A stretch of 64,000 bases of DNA from Aquificaceae bacterium (GTDB lineage: Bacteria; Aquificota; Aquificia; Aquificales; Aquificaceae). A program made the translations under genes and the position numbers. Shown piece after piece: positions 53,078-64,000 of this stretch. Positions within the stretch are counted from its first letter, which is position 1. Every line of letters begins with the position of its first letter. The DNA is taken from assembly GCA_041640635.1 (NCBI GenBank), contig JBEPZX010000008.1, positions 8,470 to 72,469 of the forward strand, written 5' to 3'. Below the pieces are notes generated by a model. The model made no database searches. It saw only the letters and a program-made list of their open reading frames with translations, and was not told the origin of the DNA.

Positions 53078-54193
53078 TTAAGAGATTGCATAACATATAT
53101 TTACAAATTCTTTGAATATATTGTAAGAATCGTGGGGACCAGGTGAAGCTTCTGGATGAAACTGTACACAGTATATTGGAAAGTGTTTATGTATAAAGCC
53201 TTCCACTGTATTATCCAAAAGATTTATATGCGTTATTTCCACATCTTCCAAAGTGTCAGGGTCCACAGCAAAGTTATGATTTTGCGCCGTTATTTCTATG
53301 TGACCATCTCTTAAATCCTTTACCGGGTGGTTCCCTCCATGATGCCCAAAAGGCAACTTGTAAGTTTTGCCTCCTAAAGCCAAAGCTATTATTTGGTGAC
53401 CTAAGCATATGCCAAATATGGGTTTTCTTTCCATAAAGTGCCTGACCAATCTTATTCCCTCTACAACCCTCTGGGGATCACCTGGACCGTTGGATAAAAA
53501 TATGGCATCTGGATCTAAATCCCTTATCTTGCTGATAGAATCGTAAGGTGGTACGACGATAACCTTTGCACCTTCTTGAGTTAGTCTTCTAAGTATGTTG
53601 TTTTTTACCCCAAAATCAACGACAGCTATAACTGGTCTCTCGTTTTCCATGTAAGAATAACCCTTGTATAAATCCCAGTCGCCTTGTTTATAAAGGTACT
53701 CTTGTTTGGTGGCAACTTGCTCAACAAGGTTTTGCCTTGATATGTCCTCTACGCTCCTTGCCTTTTTTATTAAGCTTTTGGGATCCAAGTCTGAAGTTGA
53801 TATAACACCTCTTAAGGCTCCCTTTTCTCTTATCTTCTTTACCAAAGCCCTAGTGTCTATATGTTCAATGCCAACTACCTTGTGTTCTTTTAAATACTCA
53901 TCCAGAGATTTTTTTGCTCGCCAGTTACTAACAACTTTTGAGGCTTCCCTTACTACGAACCCATTTACCTGAACAGATGAAGACTCCACATCTTCGTCGT
54001 TAATTCCATAGTTTCCCACCTGTGTATAAGTCATAACCACAATCTGTCCCTTATATGAAGGGTCGGTTAATATCTCTTGATAGCCAGTTATGGATGTGTT
54101 GAAAACTACTTCCCCTTGTGTCTCTCCTTCCGAGCCTAAAGAGTAACCAACAAAGTAGGAACCATCTTCCAGAGCCAATATAGCCTTTTTCAT
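53078..54193 (-). CDS. carA: Carbamoyl-phosphate synthase small chain
   Basis: GEVVFNT..TGYQE, SNGPGDP, GICLGHQ, QFHPE. Confidence 0.97.
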   Translation of the reverse strand: MKKAILALEDGSYFVGYSLGSEGETQGEVVFNTSITGYQEILTDPSYKGQIVVMTYTQVGNYGINDEDVESSSVQVNGFVVREASKVVSNWRAKKSLDEYLKEHKVVGIEHIDTRALVKKIREKGALRGVISTSDLDPKSLIKKARSVEDISRQNLVEQVATKQEYLYKQGDWDLYKGYSYMENERPVIAVVDFGVKNNILRRLTQEGAKVIVVPPYDSISKIRDLDPDAIFLSNGPGDPQRVVEGIRLVRHFMERKPIFGICLGHQIIALALGGKTYKLPFGHHGGNHPVKDLRDGHIEITAQNHNFAVDPDTLEDVEITHINLLDNTVEGFIHKHFPIYCVQFHPEASPGPHDSYNIFKEFVNICYAIS

Positions 54194-54206
54194 TTTTTCT
54201 CCTAAA

Positions 54207-54296
54207 CGGAGAGGGCGGGATTCGAACCCGCGGTAGGGCTTTTAACCCTACAACTCCTTAGCAGGGAGCCGCCTTCGTCCACTCGGCCACCTCTCC
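54207..54296 (-). tRNA. tRNA-Ser (anticodon GCT), CCA not encoded
   Basis: GGAGAGGTGGCCGAGTGG...CTCC-CTGCTAA-GGAG, long variable arm GTAGGG...CCCTAC, GGTTCGAATCC, CCTCTCC-G. Confidence 0.97.
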
Positions 54297-54332
54297 TTTG
54301 CTTACAAAATTAAGTAATAATATAAACCATAT

Positions 54333-55253
54333 TCATAACTCCATCAAGACAGCTCCCCAGGTCAAACCTCCACCCATAGCTGTAAATAAAACGATATCAC
54401 CCTCTTTCACACGTCCTTCTTGAAAAGCTTCACTTAAAGCCAGCGGTATGGATGCTGCACTTGTATTCCCGTATTTATGTATATTGGTATACACCTTTTC
54501 CATAGGAAAGTTAAGTTTTTCCGCTAAAGACTCTATTATTCTTATATTAGCTTGATGGGGTATCATAAGTTTTATATCTTCAGGTGTTATACCAGCCGTT
54601 TCTATAACTTCTCTGCATGCTTCTTCCATGCTTCTAACAGCTATTTTAAAAAGTTCCCTACCCTTCATGTTTATATAATCACATTTTTTTGCATAAAGAA
54701 TCTCCCACAGAGAACCATCAGAAAGTAGTCTGGAAATGTAAAGCTTATCTTTACCTTCGTCAGATAGAAGCACAGCTCCTGCACCATCTCCAAATAAAAC
54801 GCATGTGTTTCTGTCTTGCCAATTGACTATTTCGGACAGTTTTTCTGCGCCTACCACCAAAACCTTTTTAGCTTTTCCAGAACTTATAAAGGAATGAGCT
54901 ATATCTAGAGAGTATATAAAGCCACTGCAAGCTGCAGAAATATCAAATGCAAAAGCTTTTGTATTTCCTAATCTAGCTTGTAAGAGGCACGCACTAGCAG
55001 GAAAGGAAAGTTCAGGAGTAAGTGTAGCGAGTATAATCAAGTCTACATGGTCACCGTCTGTCTGCGCCATCCTTAGAGCTTCTGTGGAAGCTTTGTAAGC
55101 CATATCTATCAAGCTCTCATTTTCTGATATTCTTCTTTCCTTTATACCTGTGCGTGTGGTTATCCACTCATCTGAAGTGTCCACTATCTTTTCAAGGTCG
55201 AAGTTGGTAAGAATCTTGGAAGGTATATAGTGTCCTATTCCTATCAATTTCAT
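54333..55253 (-). CDS. fabH: 3-oxoacyl-ACP synthase III
   Basis: AACSG, FGDGAGA, PHQAN, GNTSAAS, GGGLTWG. Confidence 0.96.
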   Translation of the reverse strand: MKLIGIGHYIPSKILTNFDLEKIVDTSDEWITTRTGIKERRISENESLIDMAYKASTEALRMAQTDGDHVDLIILATLTPELSFPASACLLQARLGNTKAFAFDISAACSGFIYSLDIAHSFISSGKAKKVLVVGAEKLSEIVNWQDRNTCVLFGDGAGAVLLSDEGKDKLYISRLLSDGSLWEILYAKKCDYINMKGRELFKIAVRSMEEACREVIETAGITPEDIKLMIPHQANIRIIESLAEKLNFPMEKVYTNIHKYGNTSAASIPLALSEAFQEGRVKEGDIVLFTAMGGGLTWGAVLMEL

Positions 55254-56266
55254 ATTCTTAAGCCCTGAGGAATAATATTTTTGATATTTCTAGAAAGCAC
55301 CTGATTGAACTGATGTGTTATAAATTCGTTAGCTACCTTTATGGAGTTTCTTATTGCTTTGGCGTTTGCTTTCCCATGAGTTATTATAACAGGTTTGTTA
55401 GCTCCTAAAAGGGGTATGCCTCCGTATTCTGCAAAGTCAGCTTTTTTCTTAAAGTTATTTAGAGCAGGTAGCATCAAAAAAGCACCTATTCTAGCTAATA
55501 GGCTCTTTCTAACTTCTTCTTTTATCATTTGAATTACCGCCATTCCAAGACTCTCACTAGCCTTGAGTATTACATTACCTATAAAACCATCACACACAAT
55601 AACATCAAAGGTACCAGCGTATATGTCTCTTCCTTCAGCATTGCCTAAAAAGTTCAGCTTAGTTTCTTTTAAAAGGGGATAGGTTTCTTTTACAAGCTCA
55701 TTTCCTTTTCCTTCTTCTTCCCCAATACTCAGTATTCCTACCCTTGGATTTTTTATGCCCAGTATTTCTTCGGCATATGTATGTCCTATTACTGCAAATT
55801 GAAGTAAGTGCTTAGGTTTGCAATCTACATTGGCACCTACATCTATCAAAACAGTCTTACCTTTTGGATTCGGAAGCGCCACAGCTATAGCGGGTCTTTC
55901 TACATCCTCTATAGCACCCACAATAAACTTCCCAACAGCTAATACAGCCCCAGTATTCCCTGCAGAAACTAAACCATCGGCTAGACCTTTTTTTACCAAC
56001 TTACCAGCTACGTAGAGAGAAGAATTCTTTCTTTTTAAAACGTTGGATGGTGGCTCATGCATTTGAATATTATCTGTAGCATGAACCACTTCAAATTCAT
56101 CCTCTGATATCTTATTTTTTCTCAAGACTTTTTTGATTTGCTCTTGATCACCAACAAGGATACTTCTTATATTTAGCTCTTTGTATGCTAATATACATCC
56201 TTTTACTACTTCCTCAGGGGCATAATCGCCCCCCATACAGTCAACAGCTATTATTCCTTGACTCAT
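55250..56266 (-). CDS. plsX: Phosphate acyltransferase PlsX
   Basis: IAVDCMGGD.AP, SAGNTGA, DVGAN, CDGF.GN..LK; start MSQG at 56266. Confidence 0.95.
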   Translation of the reverse strand: MSQGIIAVDCMGGDYAPEEVVKGCILAYKELNIRSILVGDQEQIKKVLRKNKISEDEFEVVHATDNIQMHEPPSNVLKRKNSSLYVAGKLVKKGLADGLVSAGNTGAVLAVGKFIVGAIEDVERPAIAVALPNPKGKTVLIDVGANVDCKPKHLLQFAVIGHTYAEEILGIKNPRVGILSIGEEEGKGNELVKETYPLLKETKLNFLGNAEGRDIYAGTFDVIVCDGFIGNVILKASESLGMAVIQMIKEEVRKSLLARIGAFLMLPALNNFKKKADFAEYGGIPLLGANKPVIITHGKANAKAIRNSIKVANEFITHQFNQVLSRNIKNIIPQGLRI

Positions 56267-56454
56267 TAAACCGACGATTTTATAACTTCCCTTCCTTTGT
56301 AGTAACCACAGTAAGGACAAGCTCTATGGGCAAGAATTTTCTCTCCACAGTTAGGGCAAGTGAACAAACTTAAGGACTTTACCTTGGAAAAAAAGCTTTG
56401 AGATCTCCTTTGGTCTCTTCTCCATTTGGATGTTTTCCTCTTTGGAACAGCCAT
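56266..56454 (-). CDS. rpmF: 50S ribosomal protein L32
   Basis: MAVPKRKTS, CPNC...CPYCGYY. Confidence 0.95.
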   Translation of the reverse strand: MAVPKRKTSKWRRDQRRSQSFFSKVKSLSLFTCPNCGEKILAHRACPYCGYYKGREVIKSSV

Positions 56455-56500
56455 CTTAAACCTCCTAATTAGCAAAACTCATGGAATTGATTATTATACA

Positions 56501-56980
56501 CTACTTTGAGAGTTTTTTAAGTATGGAAAAGGGATTATTTACACGTTCTTCAAGATTTATGTAAGGTTTGCATTCTGGACTACAAAGAGGTTTAATTGGT
56601 ATACTCAGAAGTATTTGTTCTCTAACAATATCCTCAAGATTTACGCTTTCTTCGTCTTCGTAGAAAGAAACTTCTAAATCTCTGGGCTTGAGATGCACTC
56701 TTTCTCCACCTTTATACTTTTCTAACTTTATAACCCACTCTTGTGATATATCTTTTTCGAATACTGTAAGACATCTGCTACATTCTAGTATTACACTACC
56801 TATAATGGATAGTCTGAATTTATAACCTCCTTTTTCTCTATAGATCTCCACTTCTACCTCTACTGGATTTGTAATTTCTCCAACGTCAGCGGGAAGATTA
56901 ATATCCTTTGGATCTAAAAAATAATGTGCCTTGAACCTATTCCTCTTTTTAAATATTTCCCTTAAATTTAGAGTTAACAT
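56501..56980 (-). CDS. yceD: YceD/DUF177 protein
   Basis: ECSRCL, LSIPIKPLCSPEC, NPF; conserved position before rpmF. Confidence 0.88.
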   Translation of the reverse strand: MLTLNLREIFKKRNRFKAHYFLDPKDINLPADVGEITNPVEVEVEIYREKGGYKFRLSIIGSVILECSRCLTVFEKDISQEWVIKLEKYKGGERVHLKPRDLEVSFYEDEESVNLEDIVREQILLSIPIKPLCSPECKPYINLEERVNNPFSILKKLSK

Positions 56981-57018
56981 AATAATGTTAAAATATATAC
57001 CTATTAGTGGAGGTTCAA

Positions 57019-57993
57019 GTGAAAGTATTAGCAATAGGTGGTGGTACTGGTCTTTCAAGTTTACTTAAAGGACTCAAAAAAGAAGTAAATCACAGAATAA
57101 AAGATCTATGTGCCGTTGTCACAGTTGCAGACAGTGGTGGAAGTACTGGCAGGCTAAGAAAAGATTACAAAATTCCAGCACCAGGTGATATAAGAAATTG
57201 TATAGTAGCACTGTCGGAAAGTGAAGACATAATGAGCCAGCTTTTTCAATTTAGGTTCAATACGGGGGATTTCAAAGGACATGCCCTTGGAAACATATTT
57301 CTTTTGGCACTGACAGAAATAACAGGTAATTTTCTATCAGCTGTAAAGATAGCATCTCAAGTATTAAGGATTAAAGGAGAAATTCTTCCCGCAACATTAG
57401 AGAGTGTAGACTTGTGCGCTCAATTCTTAGATGGAACCATTGTAAAAGGAGAAGAAGAAATAACCAAATATGGTAAAGAAAGTAAAGTAAAAATATCAAA
57501 CATATGGGTAGAACCCAAAGAAGCAAAAGCTCCCATAGATGTTATAGCGAAGATAGAAGAAGCAGATGTGATAATATTTGGACCTGGAAGTCTTTATACA
57601 AGCATAATACCAAATTTGCTTATACAAGACATCAAACAAGCTATAGAAAGATCTTCAAGCATAAAAATTTTTATAGTCAATGCTATGACACAGCCTGGTG
57701 AAACAGAGGATTTTACAGCCTACGAGCATATTGCTAGTTTTATAAAACATACAGGGGTAAAACCAGACGTAGCGATAGTTAACACAAGAATGCCTTCAGA
57801 CAAGGTTTTAAGAAAATACTTAGAAGAAGGTCAAGAACCTGTCATTCCGGATGTATCGAGAATAGCAAAGGAGAGTATTAAAGTATACACAGATGATCTT
57901 ATAGGTGAAAAGGAGGATTTTGTAAGACATGATCCAGAACGCCTGACAAATCTAATTATGAACATACTTTTGGAGAATGCTGCAGTTTCTTAA
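57019..57993 (+). CDS. YvcK/CofD-like gluconeogenesis factor
   Basis: GGGTGL, DSGGSTG, PGDIRN, GPGSLYTS, RHD; GGAGG SD before GTG 57019. Confidence 0.9.
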   Translation: MKVLAIGGGTGLSSLLKGLKKEVNHRIKDLCAVVTVADSGGSTGRLRKDYKIPAPGDIRNCIVALSESEDIMSQLFQFRFNTGDFKGHALGNIFLLALTEITGNFLSAVKIASQVLRIKGEILPATLESVDLCAQFLDGTIVKGEEEITKYGKESKVKISNIWVEPKEAKAPIDVIAKIEEADVIIFGPGSLYTSIIPNLLIQDIKQAIERSSSIKIFIVNAMTQPGETEDFTAYEHIASFIKHTGVKPDVAIVNTRMPSDKVLRKYLEEGQEPVIPDVSRIAKESIKVYTDDLIGEKEDFVRHDPERLTNLIMNILLENAAVS

Positions 57994-59491
57994 TTTTTCC
58001 TCCTTATACCTACCGCAAGATTATGCGGATGTAGTAATATGCGGAAGTGGTATAGCTGGACTTGTGTGTGCCATAAAACTTAAAGATCTTGGTATAACTC
58101 CAGTAATACTTACGCGTGGAATAGGAAATACTTATTACTCACAAGGTGGAATAGCATGTGCAATAGACCCAAAAGATAGTCCATATAAACACCTTCTAGA
58201 TACGCTAAAATCTGGTAAAGGTTTATGTGATTCGTGGGCTGTAAAGGTATTGGTAGAAGAAGGTATTCAAAGAGTCGTAGATTTGAAAAGTTGGGGATTT
58301 CAATTCGATGAAGAAAGCACTATAGAAGGTGGCCATTCTTTTCCCCGCGTTCTGAAGGTCAAAGATTACACTGGAAAAGCCGTTTATGAGTTCCTTTTCG
58401 ATAAGGTAAAAGCATTGAACATACCTATTATATTTGGAAGCTTAGAAGAACTACTAATAGATGAATCCATAGAAGGTTTAATTTACAGCACACAAAAAGG
58501 TCTAAGATTAATAAAAACAAAGGCCGTAGTTTTGGCTACAGGGGGTGCTGCTAGCATATTTTTGCATACGTCCAATCCTTCCATAGTGAGGGGAGACGGT
58601 ATAGGTTTAGGTTTTAGATTTGGATGTTACCTTAGGGATCCAGAATTTGTGCAGTTTCATCCTACGGTAGTAGAAAACTCAAACATACTAATATCAGAAG
58701 CCGTAAGGGGTGAAGGTGCCATACTTGTGGACGAAAAGGGTGAAAGATTCGTAGACGAACTAGAAACAAGAGATACGGTAACAAAGGCTATATACAAAAA
58801 ACTCAGTAATGGAGGTAAAGTATACATAAGCTTCAAACCTGTAATATCAAAGGGTGTGAATTTACAAGCGCGCTTTCCTACCATATACAGTATGCTAAAA
58901 GAAAGAGGTTACGATCCAGAGAAAAACTTAATACCTGTAGTCCCTGCCGCTCATTACTATATAGGTGGTATAAACACAGATTTATGGGGTAGAACTTCTT
59001 TGGAAGGTCTTTATGCTATAGGTGAGTGTAGCTCGACAGGTGTACACGGAGCCAACAGGCTTGCCTCAAATTCCCTCTTAGAAGGTCTAGTATTTGGATA
59101 CAGATGCGCTTACAGGATTTACGAGGACATCAAAACAAAAAAAATATCCAACAAAGAGTGGAAAAATACACAAGAAGAAAAAACAGAACCACCCTACACA
59201 ATCCAAGACTTAAAAAAACTAATGTGGGAAAAAGTAGGAATACAAAGAAATGAAGAATCTCTAAAAGAGGCAAAGAACTGTCTATTGGATTGGATAAAAG
59301 GCTACAAGCATTGGACAAAAACACCGCAAAATAGGTTACTTTTAGATGTTACATTGGTAGCAGTGGCGACTACCGTAGCAGCACTAGAAAGGAAAGAAAG
59401 CAGAGGTGCTCATTACAGGGCGGATTTTCCAAACGAAAGGGAAGAGTTTAGGTTTAACACAAAACTTTCTTTGAATAGTGTAGGGCTATAA
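57977..59491 (+). CDS. nadB: L-aspartate oxidase
   Basis: GSGIAG, QGGI, EGGHS, QFHPT, SEAVRGEG, HGANRLASNSLLE, ESRGAH. Confidence 0.93.
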   Translation: MLQFLNFSSLYLPQDYADVVICGSGIAGLVCAIKLKDLGITPVILTRGIGNTYYSQGGIACAIDPKDSPYKHLLDTLKSGKGLCDSWAVKVLVEEGIQRVVDLKSWGFQFDEESTIEGGHSFPRVLKVKDYTGKAVYEFLFDKVKALNIPIIFGSLEELLIDESIEGLIYSTQKGLRLIKTKAVVLATGGAASIFLHTSNPSIVRGDGIGLGFRFGCYLRDPEFVQFHPTVVENSNILISEAVRGEGAILVDEKGERFVDELETRDTVTKAIYKKLSNGGKVYISFKPVISKGVNLQARFPTIYSMLKERGYDPEKNLIPVVPAAHYYIGGINTDLWGRTSLEGLYAIGECSSTGVHGANRLASNSLLEGLVFGYRCAYRIYEDIKTKKISNKEWKNTQEEKTEPPYTIQDLKKLMWEKVGIQRNEESLKEAKNCLLDWIKGYKHWTKTPQNRLLLDVTLVAVATTVAALERKESRGAHYRADFPNEREEFRFNTKLSLNSVGL

Positions 59492-60337
59492 CGTAAGAGT
59501 CATAAGCGCTAAATCTCTTAGATTTTTTAAGTTTATCTCATCCCAATTACCTTCTTTTGGTGTTTCGAGATAGTAAGGGAGAGTTGAAAAGTATTCATCA
59601 TTCAAAAATAGAGCAAACCCTTTATTTCCTATATAACCAAGTCCTAGGTGTTGGTGTCTGTCTTTTCTTGCCCCTAAAGGTACTTTAGAGTCATTTGCAT
59701 GTATGGCTTTCACTTTCTCCAATCCTATAGTTTTTTCTATGCTTAATTTGAACTGGGAAAAACCTCTTTTATCCCTTATATCGTATCCATAAGCAAAGGC
59801 ATGACAAGTGTCTATGCATACGCCTATTTTTTCCTTTGGAAAGTTTGAAATAATCATTTTTAGTTCTTCCAAATTTTTCCCAATATCTCCTTTTTCACCA
59901 GCAGTATTTTCTAAGAGAACTGTTGTATTTTTAGGCTTATAAGAAATAAAAATTTTTTCTAGGCTATCTATAACCAACTTTATACCTTCCTCATCACTTA
60001 TACCTTTTGCTGTTCCAGGATGGAAATTGTAGAACTCTATCTCTAACTCATCACATATTTTTAACTCTTCTAGAAAAACTTCCATAGACTTTTTTCTCAA
60101 GTTTGGATCTGGACTTGCAAGGTTTAAAAGATAAGGTGCATGTACCATAAGAGGATACTGCCAAGTTCTTTTTAGTTTAATAAAAGTCGATTCCTCTTCT
60201 TTAGGTAGCCCCTTAAAGTGCCAAACCCTTGGACTTCTTAAGAAAAATTGAAAGCATTGAGCCTCAACCTCTTTTGCTCTTTCAAAGGTTTTGCTTATTC
60301 CACCTGCCGAGGACACATGTATACCTATAAAGGGCAT
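59486..60337 (-). CDS. nfo: Endonuclease IV
   Basis: HAPYLLNL, HPG, LENTAG, DTCH, HAND, DRH, ETP. Confidence 0.95.
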   Translation of the reverse strand: MPFIGIHVSSAGGISKTFERAKEVEAQCFQFFLRSPRVWHFKGLPKEEESTFIKLKRTWQYPLMVHAPYLLNLASPDPNLRKKSMEVFLEELKICDELEIEFYNFHPGTAKGISDEEGIKLVIDSLEKIFISYKPKNTTVLLENTAGEKGDIGKNLEELKMIISNFPKEKIGVCIDTCHAFAYGYDIRDKRGFSQFKLSIEKTIGLEKVKAIHANDSKVPLGARKDRHQHLGLGYIGNKGFALFLNDEYFSTLPYYLETPKEGNWDEINLKNLRDLALMTLTL

Positions 60338-61320
60338 TAGGAAGTTACCAAAGAATTTTGATATATAACACTTCTTATCGCTTGGAGAACTTTCTCCACT
60401 GCTTCATTTTCGGAGGAAGCTCTTATCTTGGCACCAGAAGCGTATTTGTGTCCACCACCACCCAATAGATTTGCTACCTTCGATACATCTGCCCACTCTT
60501 TTGATCTCAAAGACAATTTCCATATGCCTTCTTCTGGCTTTTCTATTAATGCAAAAGCTATTTCCACACCTTCTAGAGATCTAGGATAATTTACTAGACC
60601 TTCACTATCTTCATACTTTGTCCCCGTCTCTTTGAAAAATTCATCTTTAATAACAATACCGGCTGCCAGTCCATCTTCGTAAAGCTTAAGAGTTTCCAAA
60701 ACTTTGGATATAAGCTTCATCTTGTTTAAAGATTCCCTTTCGGAAAACATAACGTAAACATGATGTGGATCTGCTCCTTTCTGAACCAGTTCCATTGCTA
60801 CTTTAAAAACTTCAGCATCTGTATTTGAGTATTTAAAAAATCCAGTATCTGTTGCCAAACCTGCGTATAAGTTGGTTGCAATCTCACTGTCTATAGCTTC
60901 TTCATCCCACTCCTTTAAGAGCTTATAAATAATGCAAGTTGTGGAAGCTGCGTAAGGGTCTATATAATCATACTCACCGTAGAAATCACCACCAATATGG
61001 TGGTCTATTCTTATTTTTCTTTTGGCATTTACAACTGTTCCTGCTCTATAAAAGCCGCTAGCATCCACTATTATGCCTATATCAAACACTTCATCCAACG
61101 GAAGTTTTAAAACATCCTCTACACCAGGTAAAAAATCCAAAAAATGAGGCACATTGTCTTTACAAGCAACTTTGACATTTTTACCTTTCTTTTTAAGGAA
61201 CTTATACAAAGCAAGCGCACTACCTAATGTATCTGCATCTGGGTTTTCGTGAGAGAATACCAGGATGCTCCCTTTTTCCTCTTTTAGAAAATCCAATATA
61301 GGAATACTTTCTACTTTCAT
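60337..61320 (-). CDS. nrnA: DHH/DHHA1 oligoribonuclease / pAp phosphatase
   Basis: HENPDAD..GS, IDHH, TDTG.F, SLRS, GGGH..A.G. Confidence 0.9.
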   Translation of the reverse strand: MKVESIPILDFLKEEKGSILVFSHENPDADTLGSALALYKFLKKKGKNVKVACKDNVPHFLDFLPGVEDVLKLPLDEVFDIGIIVDASGFYRAGTVVNAKRKIRIDHHIGGDFYGEYDYIDPYAASTTCIIYKLLKEWDEEAIDSEIATNLYAGLATDTGFFKYSNTDAEVFKVAMELVQKGADPHHVYVMFSERESLNKMKLISKVLETLKLYEDGLAAGIVIKDEFFKETGTKYEDSEGLVNYPRSLEGVEIAFALIEKPEEGIWKLSLRSKEWADVSKVANLLGGGGHKYASGAKIRASSENEAVEKVLQAIRSVIYQNSLVTS

Positions 61321-61340
61321 AACTTTTCCACCTCCAAAAT

Positions 61341-64000
61341 TTAAGAATTTATCCCAATCTCTTTAAGGGCACTATGACATCTGATACATATATCTTCAAC
61401 CATTTCCTCCTTGTCATAGTACATCCAGCACCTAAGGCACTTTATACCTTCTACCTTAGAAACACCTATGAATAAGCCCTTTAGATTCTCAGCTTCTAGA
61501 ACATACTTTCCATCCTTTCCAAATTCCACTTTGCTAACAGTGAAAAGATACTTAAGGTAATCCATATACTTTTGTTCCGTACCTTGAGTGTTTCCCCATA
61601 TATAGACATGGGCTTCATAAGGATGGTTTATTTCTTTTTCTCTTCTTGCGATCTCTAACACTCTCATTACTTCATCTCTGAGTGCCAAAAGGTACTCATA
61701 ATCTTTCAAAAGTTGGTTGTCTATATGTTCTTCTACAGCTTGTGGCATGGTATAAAGAAACACACTTTCTGGTAAGCTGTTATCTATATTTTTTATGTGC
61801 TCCCAAACTTCCTCAGCGGTAAAGCTCAAAAAGGGAGCTATTGTGCATGTAAGCCTTAACAGAACTTCCCATAGAGCTGTCTGTGCAGATTTTCTCTCCC
61901 AAGAATTTGGCGCGTATACATATAGTCTATCTTTTATTACATCAAGGTATATGGATGAAAGTTCTACGGAACATAAATTTCTTACCTCTTGATAAACTCT
62001 GTGAAAAAGATAATTTTGGTAATGCTCGTTTATATTCTTTGTAAACTTGTTTACGTATGAAACTATCCATCTGTCAAAGTGATGAAGTTTCTCGTAAGGT
62101 ACTTTTTCCTTTGGATCAAAATCGTAAAGATTGGCAAGAAGGAATCTTAGGGTATTTCTGATTTTTTTATAGTCTTCTGCTACTCTCTGCAAAATGTTTC
62201 TTCCAAGTTTTACATCCTCCGTATAGTCCTCAGAAACTACCCAAAGCCTTAGTATATCCGCACCGTACGTGTTTATTACTTCTTGAGGTGATACCACATT
62301 ACCCAAAGATTTGGACATCTTCCTACCACCTTCGTCTACTGTAAAACCATGCGTTAACACCGCTTTATACGGAGCTTCTAAGTAAGAAGCTACAGATTCC
62401 AAAAGGGATGCCTGAAACCATCCTCTATGCTGATCCGATCCTTCCAAGTAAAGATCTGCCTTTTGAATACCTCTTTGTCTTAAAACGGATGCGTGAGAGG
62501 AACCAGAATCGAACCAAACATCAAGTATATCTTCTTCTTTTTTAAAGTCTTGGCTTCCACACTTTGGACATTTGTAACCTTTTGGTAGTAACTCCTTTTC
62601 AGAGAGCTCAAACCATAAGTCCGCCCCCTTTTCTGAATTTTCAAACAGCTTTGCAATATGCTCAAATACTTCTCCTTCTGAAACTACGTAACTGCACTCT
62701 TTGCAATAAAAAACCGTAATTGGAACTCCCCAGTATCTTTGTCTGGATATACACCAATCTGGTCTGTTTTCTAACATAGATCTTATTCTATTTTCTCCAT
62801 AATTAGGGATCCATTTTACATTTTTTATACTTTCTAATGCTCTTTCTCTCAATGTCTGACTCTCGTATGGTGTATCCATACTGATAAACCATTGGTGTGT
62901 AGCTCTAAATATAACTGGATTTTTGCATCTCCAACAATGAGGGTAAGAGTGTTTTATTTTTCCCTCAAAAAGCAAAAGCTTTCTTTCTTTCAGGTCCTGG
63001 ACAATCTTAGGATTGGCATCGAAGACTCTCAAACCTCTTATAAAATCTGGGGCTTCATCAGTAAACCTACCTTCATCATCCACAGGAGCGAAAGCATCCA
63101 AGCCGTAGCCAAGTCCTACTATGTAATCCTCTCTACCATGTCCAGGAGCCATATGAACTAAGCCTGTTCCAGTAGACATATCCACAAATTCGGAAGGGTA
63201 AACCTTACAAACTCTATTTCCGTAGGGTGCTATATATTCAAGACCTACTAAATCCTCTCCCTTTACTTCTTTTAGTACTTCGCCACTTAAGTTTATCTCT
63301 TGCGACAAGGCTTGTAACCTCTCTTTTGCTACTACGTAAGTATCATCTTCGCTTTTAAGGTATACATAGGTGCATTTTTCGCAAACCATAACTCCTAAGT
63401 TAGCAGGAAGAGTCCAAGGGGTAGTAGTCCATATAAGCAGGTAAGTATTTGAATCCTTTACTAAAGGAAATTTAACGTATATGCTTGGGTCTTCTTTTTC
63501 GTAATACTCCACTTCAGCTTCAGCTTCGGCAGTTTTGTCGTACATGCACCAATAAACGGGCTTTTTACTCCTTACTACCAGTCCTTTTTCAAAAATCTTT
63601 CCCAGTTCCCTTACTTCCTGAGATTGATAACTAGGATGCATAGTAAGGTAAGGATTCTCCCAATCTCCTATAACGCCAAGCCTGATAAACTCTTCCTTCT
63701 GTATCTTTACATACTTATTTGCATAATCTCTACAGAGCTTTCTGAATTCACTTTTTGGTAAACTTTCCTTGTCTATCTTCTTTGCTTTTAGTTCCTTTTC
63801 CACTTGTTGTTCTATGGGTAAACCATGGCAATCCCATCCTGGAATATAGTCAAGATCATACCCTTTTAAAAGCATGTATTTGTTAATCACGTCTTTGAGA
63901 ATTTTGTTTAAGGCATGTCCTATGTGAATGTGTCCATTGGCATAGGGTGGTCCATCGTGCAAAACGAATAATTCCTTTCCTTTACGTTGGGCTTTTATCT
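61341..64000 (-). CDS. ileS: Isoleucine--tRNA ligase, 5' end outside window
   Basis: [27 protein letters not shown]-terminal zinc finger. Confidence 0.97.
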   Translation of the reverse strand, partial: IKAQRKGKELFVLHDGPPYANGHIHIGHALNKILKDVINKYMLLKGYDLDYIPGWDCHGLPIEQQVEKELKAKKIDKESLPKSEFRKLCRDYANKYVKIQKEEFIRLGVIGDWENPYLTMHPSYQSQEVRELGKIFEKGLVVRSKKPVYWCMYDKTAEAEAEVEYYEKEDPSIYVKFPLVKDSNTYLLIWTTTPWTLPANLGVMVCEKCTYVYLKSEDDTYVVAKERLQALSQEINLSGEVLKEVKGEDLVGLEYIAPYGNRVCKVYPSEFVDMSTGTGLVHMAPGHGREDYIVGLGYGLDAFAPVDDEGRFTDEAPDFIRGLRVFDANPKIVQDLKERKLLLFEGKIKHSYPHCWRCKNPVIFRATHQWFISMDTPYESQTLRERALESIKNVKWIPNYGENRIRSMLENRPDWCISRQRYWGVPITVFYCKECSYVVSEGEVFEHIAKLFENSEKGADLWFELSEKELLPKGYKCPKCGSQDFKKEEDILDVWFDSGSSHASVLRQRGIQKADLYLEGSDQHRGWFQASLLESVASYLEAPYKAVLTHGFTVDEGGRKMSKSLGNVVSPQEVINTYGADILRLWVVSEDYTEDVKLGRNILQRVAEDYKKIRNTLRFLLANLYDFDPKEKVPYEKLHHFDRWIVSYVNKFTKNINEHYQNYLFHRVYQEVRNLCSVELSSIYLDVIKDRLYVYAPNSWERKSAQTALWEVLLRLTCTIAPFLSFTAEEVWEHIKNIDNSLPESVFLYTMPQAVEEHIDNQLLKDYEYLLALRDEVMRVLEIARREKEINHPYEAHVYIWGNTQGTEQKYMDYLKYLFTVSKVEFGKDGKYVLEAENLKGLFIGVSKVEGIKCLRCWMYYDKEEMVEDICIRCHSALKEIGINS

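Overview
AT-rich, very gene-dense chromosomal window from a thermophilic member of the Aquificota (Hydrogenobacter/Thermocrinis-like). The assignment is inferred from the split CarB, long ThyX, group 2 cytoplasmic hydrogenase and scattered, non-operonic housekeeping genes. From left to right it holds: tpx (partial), a Nudix hydrolase and ftsW; a chemotaxis operon (cheZ-cheY-90 aa mini-MCP-cheV-cheA-cheW-J-domain protein-soluble CZB receptor) with no cheR/cheB; thyX and a prepilin; a tetR-hypB-[NiFe] hydrogenase S/L-hypE-hypA cluster followed by a PhnD-like protein; thiS/ttuB and DUF523/1722; an IS605-group element (about 17291-18965) with a nonsense-inactivated tnpA but intact tnpB and both ends; prmA, khtTU, hspR-dnaJ, SPOR proteins, argS, N-terminal carB, ttuA, miaB, hisD, lgt, sppA, ilvC; mrp plus an IscS homologue lacking the PLP lysine; a degenerate PilT; a degraded ISLre2/ISKra4-like remnant; mtnBDC, ahcY, bioD, ftsI, carA, tRNA-Ser(GCT), fabH-plsX-rpmF-yceD, yvcK, nadB, nfo, nrnA and ileS (partial). 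No CRISPR array or rRNA was seen. The best candidates for undescribed biology are the mini-MCP and J-domain co-chaperone embedded in the che operon, the TetR-controlled hydrogenase next to it, the PLP-less IscS/Mrp pair, a putatively active thermophilic TnpB with a readable TAM and guide, and palindromic bidirectional -10 elements driving SD-less genes. All product calls come from motif recognition by eye; no database searches were run.
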